Below are positions 14,161 to 28,641 of a stretch of 64,000 bases of DNA, piece after piece. The DNA lies in the NCBI GenBank assembly GCA_964016885.1, contig OZ024749.1, forward strand, positions 22,816,001-22,880,000, read 5' to 3'. The notes under the pieces are model-generated. The model searched no databases and was not told the origin of the DNA. It saw only the letters and a list, made by a program, of their open reading frames with translations. The position numbers and the translations under genes were made by a program. The stretch is from Eledone cirrhosa (Eukaryota). Each line of letters begins with the position of its first letter. The first letter of the stretch is position 1.

Positions 14161-14231
14161 TATTTTATTATGCGCATTTCAAAAACAAACATCATCATGC
14201 AATAATATTTGTGTTTTCATCAGATAAAACA
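14161..14231 (-). ncRNA. Type-I hammerhead ribozyme (mirror arm)
   Basis: Reverse complement of 14333-14403 with intact core. Confidence 0.88.
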
Positions 14232-14332
14232 GGAGAACATGATATGAAGGCTAAAGAACACTTGTGGATAGTGCAGTTTTAAATCAACTGCACTATCCAC
14301 AAGTGTTCTTTAGCCTTCATATCATGTTCTCC

Positions 14333-14403
14333 TGTTTTATCTGATGAAAAAACAAATATTATTGCATGATGATGTTTGTTTTTGAAATGCGCATAATAAA
14401 ATA
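14333..14403 (+). ncRNA. Type-I hammerhead ribozyme
   Basis: tgttttat-CTGATGA-aaaacaaatatta...tgatgtttgtttt-GAAA-tgcgca-TA-ataaaata. Confidence 0.9.
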
Positions 14404-14524
14404 CATAGGACTCCTTTAACCATCTTTTGATCTTATATTATGTATACTCCAGTCCTACAAACTGTAGAGTGCTTCTTATCCGATATCTGCATTGCTTTAT
14501 TGTACTACAATAAAACTCACCTCC

Positions 14525-14570
<46 letters not shown>

Positions 14571-14575
<5 letters not shown>

Positions 14576-15776
14576 AATTAAGTAAGTTAATTGCTATAAT
14601 TTTATTATTTTACGTCTTTCATATAATTGTTCTACATTTTTGTATTGAACCACAAAGTTACTAAGACAAAACCTATATCTTGCTAGCGTAAGTATACATC
14701 TGTATAAATATGTTGGTAGATATACTAATTCTTTATAATTATCTCCAAATTATTTTGTTGAGCAAAAATTTGCCTAAATTACTACTATGGTTCATAGGTA
14801 ACATTTTGGCTACTGTCTTGTTAACACCCCACTCCTCACTGATTAACCTCGATGTCACGTGATAGATTCTTTTGAATTTGCCACTGACCGGGAAGGCAGT
14901 GAAATTTTCAGTGCCTTGAAATTTAGTCCACGTTTGCTTTTTTTTCCATTCACTGAATTATTTTTGTTTGAACTCCCTGTGTCCGCCTATCGCTAGGATT
15001 CTTAGCCGAGAATTGACTCCCTGCTGAAGAAAGGATTCTCCATAGATTAAACACTATGTATATCCCCTTTCAGAAACTAATTAGTTGGAATGAAACTTAA
15101 ATATGTAAGTTAATTATTATAATTTTATTATTTTACGTCTTTCATATAATTGTTCTACATTTTTGTATTGAACCACAAAGTTACTAAGACAAAACCTATA
15201 TCTTGCTAGCGTAAGTATACATCTGTATAAATATGTTGGTAGATATACTAATTCTTTATAATTATCTCCAAATTATTTTGTTGAGCAAAAATTTGCCTAA
15301 ATTACTACTATGGTTCATAGGTAACATTTTGGCTACTGTCTTGTTAACACCCCACTCCTCACTGATTAACCTCGATGTCACGTGATAGATTCTTTTGAAT
15401 TTGCCACTGACCGGGAAGGCAGTGAAATTTTCAGTGCCTTGAAATTTAGTCCACGTTTGCTTTTTTTTCCATTCACTGAATTATTTTTGTTTGAACTCCC
15501 TGTGTCCGCCTATCGCTAGGATTCTTAGCCGAGAATTGACTCCCTGCTGAAGAAAGGATTCTCCATAGATTAAACACTATGTATATCCCCTTTCAGAAAC
15601 TAATTAGTTGGAATGAAACTTAAATATGTAAGTTAATTATTATAATTTTATTATTTTACGTCTTTCATATAATTGTTCTACATTTTTGTATTGAACCACA
15701 AAGTTACTAAGACAAAACCTATATCTTGCTAGCGTAAGTATACATCTGTATAAATATGTTGGTAGATATACTAATT

Positions 15777-15780
<4 letters not shown>
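14571..15780 (+). repeat. Tandem array, 523-bp period (~2.3 units), hammerhead in each full unit; retrozyme-like
   Basis: tacgtctttc at 14611, 15134 and 15657. Motif tcc-CTGCTGA-agaaagg...cctttca-GAAA-ctaattag-TT-gga at 15018-15089 and 15541-15612 (A6>C). Confidence 0.9.
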
Positions 15781-15852
<72 letters not shown>

Positions 15853-16237
15853 GATCGAGTATCGAAAAATCGGCGCACGAGTTCACGATAAACAATATTC
15901 GAAATGAGCGGCAGAGGGCTCAATAATTCAGATGAATCAGAGCTATAACTATCGTTAAAATACCGTCACACATAGAACAAGTCTAAAATCAACCATACGA
16001 TAAAAAATCGATAATAGAAGATTCGGGACAAACAGATAAAAAATATCAATAAAACAATACATCAATAATTTAAATGAATGTAAAATCATACCCGGACCCA
16101 CTAGAAAGGTGTTAAATCTAGCTTCTTGGGTTTCTGTAAATCCTTAGACTGTACTCTATCAGCTCACATATAAATATATAAGGCTACTAGAGCAAGAGGA
16201 ATGGAGTTTACTTCATCAACGAGCTTTTTCCTAGCGG

Positions 16238-16297
<60 letters not shown>

Positions 16298-17665
16298 TGT
16301 GAGAGAGAGAGTAGTCAGGCACAAAACTTTGAGGGATCCAATCAAATTCCGAGCATTGTGAGTTCAACTTCTGCTTTCTTCTGTCAAGAGTTGTGACCGG
16401 CAGATTGTATTTCTAATGGAACGACTAATGGTATGACATTTTCCCTGTTCCGCTATAAGAAGTCTATCGTTTCCTTTCCTGTTGTTAGTTAATTGAAACA
16501 TAGTTTTCTTGGTCCTTTACGACAATAGGATCCTTTTTATTACTTCATATAGTTGTTGTTAGCCATTAGAAACAGAGTTCCCTTCGCCATTCATGACTAT
16601 CGGATCCTTTCCTTTACATCGTATATCTATTGTTAGCTGCATCAAGTGACTCGAAAGTTTGGGATTGTTTTGGTGTCTTTTCTATTTCCTTCATATTGAA
16701 TGTAAAAGCTTATTTCCAATATAAATGGGAAATTGATCACCGATAAATTCCAGCGACATAATGGTAAGTACAGGTATATTATAATGGAGGCAATGAATGT
16801 GAATTATAATTGTATATTATTTTGAATTTATCGGTTTTGGGTTCGATATCTGTCAGGTTAATAATGTGCTTTTTGTCATCTCACTAAGGTCTAAAGGAAA
16901 TTGCTTAGACGTATTACCATTCGTTTGAAAATCAATAATCGAAAATCCAGAATTCGCTGACGCATTGTCCCCTATTTCACATATATGACACATCGTAAAT
17001 ATACTGGTTGACTAATAGTGTTTGCGTGGCATCTGGTAGAGGGAAATTGTGTGGGATCTTAATCTTATAGTATATATGAATATTAGTGTATGTGATTTAC
17101 CATACGTGTATATCTGCAAATGATGTAAACTTCGGCGTGAAAAAATAAAGATGCCTTACAAAATGTCTCCCTGCAAATAAAACATTTACAGAAACAGTGA
17201 CTGGTACATTGAAAACCGAAAATTAACATTTATGATATTGATTAAAGAAGTAGTGGTGTGTCAATGTTGGATGATACTCTGGTTTATGTATTAAGAAAGA
17301 AACAGATTTTCTCGTTTAGTTTTCGTGTTAATTAAAAATCTTTTATATTCATCCTTTATCGGAATAAACCCCCACATAATCACTTTTTTTTCTTCTTACA
17401 ATATGAGCTTAATTTAGAGATAATTTCAAAACTGATTTTTGGGAATGTACTTAGTAGAATGTAAGTAGCACAAAAGCTGCATGTCACTAAATTAGTTTCG
17501 TGTTGGATTAAGAAAAAAATTGAATTATGCCAGCTGTATAGGTTCACTTCGATGTTCTCTATATGTCATAGAACTAATTTACTTTGCTGATAACCATCTA
17601 ACTTCTACGTGATTATTATTACTATTATCAACATTATTATTGTTATTATTATTATTAATATTTAT

Positions 17666-17696
<31 letters not shown>

Positions 17697-17929
17697 TTAT
17701 TATTATTATTATTGTAGTTGCTGTTATTGTTGTTGTTGTTGTTGTGGTTGCTATCGTTGATTTTTTTTGTATGTCGATTTATTTGTGTCAAAATGAATTC
17801 CAATATTTTTGGTTGCAATCGACGTGAGTTAATGGGTATTCACAATTTCTACTGCTTCATCAGCCTGTGTTTTTATGGAGAAAAAAGTGCATGAGTGCGT
17901 GCATATATATATTTATATATATATGTATA

Positions 17930-17967
<38 letters not shown>

Positions 17968-18480
17968 TATATTTATATATGTGTGTGTATGTGCGTGTGT
18001 GTATGTATAGATGTACATATATATATATATATATGCATATGCATATCAATATATTATATAGATATGTGTATGTATGTTGTGTGTATGTGGTGTATATGGG
18101 TGAGTGTGTGTGAGTGTGTGTTCACAAAGAAAAGCAATATCTTGTGACACACAGCAATATTGTGTTATCTTCAATAATATTGTAGCAATATACGGCATCT
18201 TTCAATCCAAAGATACGATAGTTTTGTTTACACATCTACTCTAATTTTCATCTTACACTTTTATTGGATTTGGTTTTATTATTGTTGTTGTTGTTGTTGT
18301 GGTTGTTGATTATTTGTATCTGAACGTTTTATTCTTTTGTGTTTTGTTTTGATTTTTTCTTATATAGTTGATATTACTACAAAAAAGTAGATCAAATCAT
18401 ATGCCTACACACACATTAAGACTTACATACACACACTTATCTCTATATCTATACATACTCAAACACACATCCACACACAT

Positions 18481-18548
<68 letters not shown>

Positions 18549-18589
18549 GTATACACATAAAACCTATCTTGTATTTAAAAAAAAAGATG

Positions 18590-18852
18590 GTGTAGGACAG
18601 AACAGGAGAGAGACAAAATAAAAACCTAGTCACTGAGGAGGTCACAGAATGTGTGACGAAATACTGTTGACAATATATAAACAACCATCCGCTTATCAAA
18701 CCAACCAACTAACCGGAAATTTGTAATAAATAGGAGTGAAAATCAACAGGTGCATGTGTTTTTATTGGCAGTGTGACTCTCCCAAAGTACAATATCTGTT
18801 TGAACACACGTTTTCGGATAAGAAATCTTGCAAAACTAATTATAAAACGAAG
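18590..18852 (+). mobile_element. Second copy of the 12066-12338 hammerhead family
   Basis: gtca-CTGAGGA-g gtcaca/tgtgac-GAAA-tactgt-tgac (18629-18671) and colinear 3' part ending aaacgaa before (TA)n. 5' boundary uncertain. Confidence 0.65.
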
Positions 18853-19029
18853 TATATATATATATATATATATATATAATCGAATAAATTGACGGGAGGC
18901 CGGATTGTGGAATCTTACATGAAAGAAGAATGAGTTGCGTCACGTTAACTATACGGAATGACCAGTTCTATCTAGTGGTGAATAACCAATTTCAATGAAT
19001 ATATACATCTATACATTCATACACACATT

Positions 19030-19096
<67 letters not shown>

Positions 19097-19389
19097 ACAC
19101 ACCCACACACACACGCACACCCACCCACACACACAGACACACACACATATATATATATGTAAGAATATATAATGGAAAGTAACCGATTATATTGTCAGAT
19201 TGGCTATTTTTTCTTTACTGGTACTGTCTGTCATTCATACATACGTACAGACATGATGGCTGCAAACTCTGCTAAGAGTATTGCATCACTTGTCAGATTA
19301 CAGAAAATTGTGCACGTTTAGGTTACGGCCAGCCACATGATCCTGTACCAGATCTTGAACAGCAAAGCCTGTGCTTTGAAGGTTTTTTT

Positions 19390-19758
19390 AAACTCGGCAA
19401 AGGCCTTGCACTCGACCAATCCCACTCTCTGAGCATCGAAAACACTACCCGAGAAGGCGAACTAGTCAACATCATCGGATGCTTCCGAAGCCGCAGTTTT
19501 TTTTTCAGAGTTTCCCTCTCCTAGATACGTGTTGGGACAACAACTGTGGGCCTTCCATTCCCAGGTAAAAAAAAAAAATAGTGCTATTTGAATAGCCGTT
19601 GACTCAGGTCTTGTATTTTATCCCGCAGGGTGTCCAAATATCACCCTCCTCACCAAGCAAGTTTAGTGGGGTTGCCTGTTTACTCTCCGACGACCCGACG
19701 ATGAGACAGGTGTACTGGGTTACATGTTACCATTAGCACTGGATAGCGACTTGCCATG
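19390..19758 (-). mobile_element. RTE-5'UTR-like non-autonomous repeat (family also at 23727-24076, 36063-36518, 37410-37672)
   Basis: Shared blocks ctaggagaagg..aactctga, gatgatgttga and gagagtgggattgg..gtgca in four copies. RTE affinity is recalled, not searched. Confidence 0.5.
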
Positions 19759-20436
19759 CATACATCATACATACATACATACATAAATGCATGCATACAG
19801 CCATACATATATACATAAAAACTGCATTGTAGAACCTAGGACAGTTTCAGGCGGAGTGGGATAAAAACTGGTTAAAGAAAATGTAGCTGCTATTTCTAGT
19901 ATATCATGCAAGCGCATCGGCTAGAATTTGCACGATTCCTGGCGGATCATTAAAGTATATCTGACCTTTAAGAAAACGTTCTTGTTTGACAGTTGTAAAC
20001 CATCGATTACTTCCCAAAAACGTCTCCATCTTGTATTTAATGTAAGACAATATACTGAAGTGCCTTGTTAACAATACCTCTTTCTCCCAACAATAGTTAC
20101 CAGATGACATTTTCCAGAAAAATTCTTTCAACTCTACCCTGTCATTGGTTGGCAATTTTGAGGGAGGAGCTACCGTTGGTAACTGATTATATAGAAATAG
20201 AGCGGAAAGGATAAACAGAGGTGGTGATTACAGTTATGGAGAATGTGAGAGTGAGATATCGAGAGAGACAGATTTGGAGATAAAAACTGTGTGATAGATA
20301 CATAGGATAGATTGATAGATAGATATGTTTATTTATTAGCCACAGGGGCACAAAAGAAGGGGACAAATACAAAGGGGGAAGTTTAATAGATAGATAGATA
20401 GAATAGGATAAATAGATATATAGATAGATAGATAGA

Positions 20437-20956
20437 TTTCTTTATTTGCCACAAGGGCGCACAAGAAAAGGGGACAATACAAAGACACATGCCGGGTATT
20501 TTACATACAGTCGTGTAAAAATATTGAAACAAACAATTATAACAATCGAAATCCCCAATAGGGTGGGGGTGGGGGAGTGGAGCGTCACAAATGGGTTGTT
20601 TAATACCCCGTTGATAGAACAACCCTCAACTTCAGGAGCGTGTTGTGCAAGTTCTCCCTTCTTCCTTTTGCTCTCTTCTTTAACGTACAGGCTTATAAAC
20701 AGAGAAGGCCCAATCACTCGGGCCATTTTCGCTTCATTCACCCATCTTTCAGTAAATTTACTGGGGTGCAGTGTTTCTCTCTCCACTCTGATTCTCCTTC
20801 TAAAGTGGTATCTAGGTCGCTTACGCCCGGGCAGTGTACAATTGCGTGCAAGACGGTTTCAATGTCATGCTCGCATCTTTGACACGTCCTCTTGCAAGGA
20901 TCCCTGTCAAGGTGTCCGTGCCTGTAGATCTTATCTCGAACGGGTAAAGCTCCTCA

Positions 20957-20957
<1 letters not shown>
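20437..20957 (-). mobile_element. 3' fragment of Tx1-like LINE in (GATA)n
   Basis: Encodes ERETLHPSKFTERW...ARVIGPSLFISL, homologous to the C-terminus of the long copy. Ends tgtggcaaataaagaaat(ctat)n. A smaller piece lies at ~20326-20386. Confidence 0.85.
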
Positions 20958-21049
<92 letters not shown>

Positions 21050-21283
21050 CAGGAAGGATAGATAGCAGATGGAGAGATGGATAAATACATAGATAAATAA
21101 ACAGAGAGTGGATAAATATATAGATAGATAGATGAATAAATATATTTATAGATGAAGGGAGTGAGGGAGGGAGAGACCGATACTGATTTCGAGAAATAGA
21201 ACGATGAATAGATATATTCTGATTTGGAGAAAGAGAGGGAGAACACGAGACGTCTATAGTGAACCCCAGGCTTACGCACACAC

Positions 21284-21396
<113 letters not shown>

Positions 21397-21916
21397 GAGG
21401 GAGAGAGTGTATTTTTCCATAGCAAGTATTTCTTCTTCTTGCTCCATATAATAACATAATACTTGCATATATTTCACCCATCTCAAGAGAACTGGTTCAC
21501 GTTCTACCGCCAAGACTTCCTGTTTTCTAAAGGCAATATCTAATCGTAACGCTTTTGTAATATTTACTTCGGCGTCTAATCATAAACTTTTCTTAATTTC
21601 AAAAGGTCCCTCTCAGGGTAAAAGCAGTAATTTATTGCTTAAGCTTTTAATATGTACGAACACTCATACACACACACACTTATATATATATACATGTGCG
21701 TATGTGTGTGTGTGTATATAGATATTTATGTGTTTATGTGTGTAAATATATATATATAACTATAAAAATACATATTACAAAATTCAATCTCACTCAAATT
21801 ACACAGAAGAAATAGCACAAAAATAAACAACAAATAACAAAACAGAACTGACACAACACAACACACACAATCAAATATGTCCAACACATCACATACACGC
21901 TATTACCAAAATCACA

Positions 21917-21965
<49 letters not shown>

Positions 21966-22025
21966 AACACCATACAAAAGAACCATATATATATACACAC
22001 AAACTTAAGACGCATATAATTCAAT

Positions 22026-22110
<85 letters not shown>

Positions 22111-22113
<3 letters not shown>

Positions 22114-22534
22114 GGAGGTGAGTTTTATTGTAGTACAATAAAGCAATGCAGATATCGGATAAGAAGCACTCTACAGTTTGTGGGACTGGAGTATGCATAA
22201 TATAAGATCAAAAGATGGTTAAAGGAGTTCAATATATTTTATTATGCGCATTTCAAAAACAAACATCATCAAACAATAATATTTGTGTTTTCATCAGATA
22301 AAACAGGAGAACATGATATGAAGGCTAAAAAAACACTTGTTGATAGTGCAGTTTTAAATCAACATATCATGTTGATTTAAAACTGCACTATCAACAAGTG
22401 TTTTTTTAGCCTTCATATCATGTTCTCCTGTTTTATCTGATGAAAACACAAATATTATTGTTTGATGATGTTTGTTTTTGAAATGCGCATAATAAAATAT
22501 ATTGAACTCCTTTAACCATCTTTTGATCTTATAT

Positions 22535-22536
<2 letters not shown>
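22111..22536 (-). mobile_element. Palindromic hammerhead element (same family as 14124-14528, opposite orientation)
   Basis: Tail 22111-22197; inverted arms centred ~22367. Intact hammerheads at 22235-22305(-) and 22429-22499(+). Confidence 0.9.
22429..22499 (+). ncRNA. Type-I hammerhead ribozyme
   Basis: tgttttat-CTGATGA-aaacacaaatatta...gatgtttgtttt-GAAA-tgcgca-TA-ataaaata. Confidence 0.88.
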
Positions 22537-22578
<42 letters not shown>

Positions 22579-22651
22579 AGTGTGTATAAATCTATCTATC
22601 TATCTATACATATATATTTATATATATATAAATATATATTTATAGATAGAT

Positions 22652-22707
<56 letters not shown>

Positions 22708-23067
22708 ATGTGTGTATGTGTGTGTGTGTGTAGGTGTGTGTACACATGTCTAATAGAAATATTTTCAAAACAATGATTATTACGTCGTAATTAATTTTCA
22801 AATTTCTCGAAAACGTTCTATAATCATTTGATAAGAAAAGCGACTGTACGATGCCATGATGATATATTACGAAAGCCACCAACACACCGCCTTACTCACC
22901 AGCACATCACCACTACTCCTCCATTAAGTCGCTACGCTAAAGAATTACTATTAGCCATTCTTCTACAGAACGGCAGATGCAATCTTTACATTATATTCCC
23001 CAAATATCTGCTATGTAATTTTTACTTAACTTGGTTCATTAATCTCCTGTGATTACTGCACGTATGC

Positions 23068-23121
<54 letters not shown>

Positions 23122-23187
23122 CTATATATTTATACATATATATATATCATACACAGACACACACACACACACACACTCACCTATTTG

Positions 23188-23269
<82 letters not shown>

Positions 23270-23334
23270 AATATATATATCAATCTATCTATCTCTTTCT
23301 CTCTCTTCTCTCTCTCCTCCCTCTCTCTCTCTCT

Positions 23335-23407
<73 letters not shown>

Positions 23408-23726
23408 GTGTATACACACGTGTGTGTATATGTACAAGTATTTCAATATTTTGCGTAGATTTACGTGTCTTATAAGAAATCTCTGTTTACAGATATATGG
23501 CTGGAGAACAAAGATACTAAGCTCTTATATAATGAGGATATAACTGTAATAATTGGAAAATCATGGCTAGTATAAAGACGGAAATATAGAGAAAGTATTT
23601 TTCTCGAGCGTAGAAGGGGTATTAATCATTTGAACATTAAAAGACGGATACATGGGCATATACACAGACAGGTACACACACACACGCACACACACATATA
23701 TATATGTATATATATACATATTTTAT

Positions 23727-24076
23727 GATGGCTGCCTCCTCGTTATCGAGTGTGACCATTGCACGATATACCATTATTAAAAATAATTAATTAATTATAT
23801 CGTGAAATGCCTGTACGTGAAGATATTTTTTAAAGTGAGGAAAGACTGTGCACTGAGCCAATCCCACTCTCTGAGCGACAGTAGCTATAACCTGAAAAGA
23901 AGAAAATATCAACATCATCGGTAACTACTGAGCGCAGGTTTTATATCGGAGTTATCCCAGTTTACTGAGTTGCCTTCTCCTAGAAGAATGCCCTGAGAAA
24001 GGCTAGGGGTCCTTCACTCCCAGTGGTTTAACCGCGCTATCGGTGTCCAGCCCGACTATTTCTATGTCCCCGCGCA
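23727..24076 (-). mobile_element. RTE-related short repeat, reverse complement of 37410-37672
   Basis: Colinear ~260 bp with 37410-37672 on the opposite strand. Confidence 0.6.
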
Positions 24077-24194
24077 TATACATACACATGCACCCATGCA
24101 TATACACATATACACACACATGTACATGTGTATATACATATTTACACACTTTTGGATGGCCGTTGACCCTTATGAGTTCTTCCGCCCTTTGTCA

Positions 24195-25329
<1,135 letters not shown>

Positions 25330-26270
25330 AAAAGAATTTAAAAATGTAACTGTAGTCTTTTATGAATATTTATTTACTTTACCTGTTTCACAGTTCTTAT
25401 TATCATAAGTAATAGTGTGATGGAGGACTGCCGAAGCAGGAGCTGCGCCAGCAGTGACAATTTTAGTTTCGCCTATGGATATTATCTCTGTGCAAAGAAG
25501 TGTTGAAATTTATTGTTTCACAGTACTTGCGCAACACGCGCGTAGACGATGCCAGCGGAACAACAGAGCTGCGATGGAGTTTTTCTGCATGGTTGTCTAA
25601 TGTGTGTTTTCTAAATTTAAGAAAGAAGGGAGGGTTGTGATATGGGGGAGAGTTAGCTGCAGTTTCTAGCAGGTTTAGTGACCTCATAGAGGATATTATT
25701 GTGTATAGTAAATGAACTGATTCTTCTTTCTTCCACGTTCGTTGATAGATGTTTTAAAAAAGATGTATTGCTATTTTTGTTGTTGTTGAATAAATTTATC
25801 TGTTGCTTTTGAATAATTGTTGTTTCGTATGAAATGTAATAAGTTCTCTTTGTCATTGAAGTAAATAAATGTTTGACCGTTCCACACTCAAAAACAAATG
25901 TTCTCTCTCTCTCACCCTCTCACTATGTCTCTCTGTCTCTTAAAGTTTGTAAGTTTAATCGTATATAAGAGAACGTTGCAGCATGTATGTAGTTTTTTCG
26001 AATTTTAAGGGGAGTAGAGAGAGGTTATCAGATTGTATTAGAGGGGTAAAAGCGTCATGTATTTAGTTTTATCGATTATTTCCGTAATTGTGGGTGAGTT
26101 TGAATGAAATAAATAGTCGTCGACATGAATTAGACCATTTACAACATTCTTACAGACGTTCCCTCGAATCGGTTTGAAATTGTGCAAATGTATAAACATG
26201 GAACAGGCACACACACACACAACAACAACCTGCCTTTTATAGATAATGATATATATATATATATATATAA

Positions 26271-26406
26271 CGAAGGAAGAGTGGTAAGGAACCAGATGGA
26301 CCATAACGCACCAGAGTACTCAATACTTAGGGCAGTAGAGTGGGTAATAGGAAAATGCTTGACCCCGACAGCAGAGCTCTAGCCGTTTCGACGGCTATTT
26401 CTGGAC
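26271..26406 (-). mobile_element. Short (TA)n-inserted family A (also 1-86, 46012-46163, 47735-47893, 52985-53098, 56440-56530)
   Basis: Shared gaccataacgcaccagagtactc..tacttaggg.agtagag and gtcgaaacggc..gagctc blocks; several copies are fold-backs. Confidence 0.75.
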
Positions 26407-26424
26407 TATATATATATATATACA

Positions 26425-26493
<69 letters not shown>

Positions 26494-27419
26494 GTTAGGT
26501 ATTAAAAACTATGTCTGTTCGTTTGTCTGTTTTCACTGTTTTTCTGCACCTTTAACCTTAAAGAATACTTCAGCAATGCTGGTATAGTCATTATCTTCGT
26601 CTGTCTCGCTCTCCCGATCTCTCACTATGATAAGGAAATGAGGGCCCACGCGCTAGCCTCGTCACAACCCCGACGGACAGAATAGAGATGGTTTCATTTG
26701 TATGACAATTGATTGTACAAATATTAAACATTTTTTATTACAGTTGTATAAATTTACAGTAGAATAACGTTGCAAATATGTTTTAATATATACATAAATA
26801 ACATAACAAATCCGTAGATAATATTATATATAACATAAATGCGTAAATAATACCATACATTTCGTGCGGTATTTTACTAATTTAAACTAAAGTTGATGTG
26901 TAAGAAGAAGAATAAAGAGAAGTCGTGTCAGATGAGGGGAAATTGGTGAACTCAAGAGTTCAAATCGTTAAAAAAATCACACGGAGGTGGTAATTGGCCT
27001 CGTGTTTATGTAGCTATGAATTTGCCTCTCTTGACCCTATCCACGATCGTAAAGAATGAAGAAAAACTATACAACAGTCCATGCAGCAAACTGCCAGAAG
27101 GTTTGGTCACCAGTTGATGGGTAACTAGAAACAAACTAAATTCTAAGTGCTTACTAATGTGTCCGAACACGGAAGAGCCAAACTCCCACTGTCATCGCCT
27201 CCATCTCTTTCACCCTCCCCACCTCTCTGTATTGATTGTACTAAATATTTCCTTAGGTGTCAGTTTGACACTTGGCAAGATATGGAAAAGAAGCAGAATT
27301 CAAAGCAAGTTTCAAATATTAGTATTTTCTTTATTAGCCACACAGGGTTAACATTAAGGAAACATTACAGACGGTACAGGACGATACAGTATGGATTTTT
27401 CTTTGTGTAAAAAAAAAAA

Positions 27420-27845
27420 TCATTTCTAGTAGAGACAAGGCTAGTAATTTGCGGGGAGGGGAAAGTCAATTAAATTGACCGCAGTCCGTGACTGGTACTT
27501 TTTTTTATCGACCCCGTAAGGATGAAAGGCAAAGTTAATCTCGTAAAGAGCCGTAACTCTATGCTGCAAAGTATGGTCTCCGACTCTCTACCGATACTGC
27601 CAATCCACCACCCTAGTGTAAAATAAAATAATAGTTTCAAACATTAGTAATAATTGTGTCTACTTTTGGCACAAGACCAGCAATTATACAGTGAATTACT
27701 GGTACTTTATTATTTTATCGACCCCGTAGGGATGAAAGGTAAAGTTAACCTTGGCGGAATTTGAACTCAGAACGTAAAGGGCCGTAACTCTATACTGCAA
27801 ACATGGGCTCCGACTCTCTACCGATACTGTCAATCCACCGCCCTT
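27420..27845 (-). mobile_element. Pair of tRNA-derived SINEs
   Basis: Reverse complement shows A-box tggcagtatcgg, B-box gagttcaaattcc (right-hand copy) and central gcctttcatcc.tacggggtcgataaaa..gtaccag. Confidence 0.8.
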
Positions 27846-28348
27846 GTGTAAAATAAAACAATAGTTTCAAGTATTAGTAATAGTAGGGATGCATGTTGGA
27901 CAGTTTCGGGGACCTAATAAATATTATCGGAATTGATGCAAGGTTACAGATGTGATACAGAAGACAGCACTTCTTGCTACAGTAAGGGTTTTAAGGAAAG
28001 GCTTGTCTATGTAAGGCGCAGGAGAAGATGCCGTGAGGGACTTTTTTCAACTTGTTGTTGATTGCTCCCTTACTGAAATCTGTGTCTGAGATTTACAAAT
28101 ATGAACCATAAAAATAATAACAATAATAATAAGATTATTAATAATGATAATAATAATTTAAATAAATATACGCGTAATAAATAACTAATAATGATAATGT
28201 AAGTTTTGAAAAGTTTGCTTCGGTTTTCTGTATCATATATACATCGTTGGAATGTGACTATGCTGTAAAGTTAGATTATATTCTGACAAGTGTTTCATTC
28301 GATAGAGTAATTGTGATTTAATGTAGGTAAGAAGTGAAAGCGGGGCTG

Positions 28349-28422
<74 letters not shown>

Positions 28423-28641
28423 GGGTAGATAGAGAGAGAGAGGTAGGGTTGTTAGTCGTAATCACGGCCATAGTGATGTATGTCTTAAAGGGTTTGGTAC
28501 TGACTCACAACTGTAGCACGGCAATAGATAGATGGATTAACAGGCAGATAGATAGGTAGAGAGGGGGAGTGGGAGAGAGGGAGAGAGAGAGCTAGAGAGA
28601 GAGAGAGAGAGAGAGAGAGACGGAGAGGGGTATGATAGATA

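Larger units (their letters stand above)
14124..14528 (+). mobile_element. Palindromic hammerhead element (fold-back pLTR + 3' tail) in (TA)n
   Basis: Arms 14124-14280 and 14286-14440 are inverted; unique tail 14441-14528. Same family as 22111-22536. Confidence 0.9.

Noticed and set aside
14571-15780. Tandem repeats as CRISPR or prokaryotic defence array
   Set aside because: Eukaryotic context, long identical units with no unique spacers, and no cas-like ORFs.
19904-20155. 83-aa non-repetitive minus-strand ORF
   Set aside because: No recognisable domain or splice context; possibly an old LINE C-terminal remnant.
23727-23760. gcctcctcg resembling HDV-ribozyme P3/L3
   Set aside because: No P3 partner or P1/P2 pairing found, and the sister copy at ~37655 differs.
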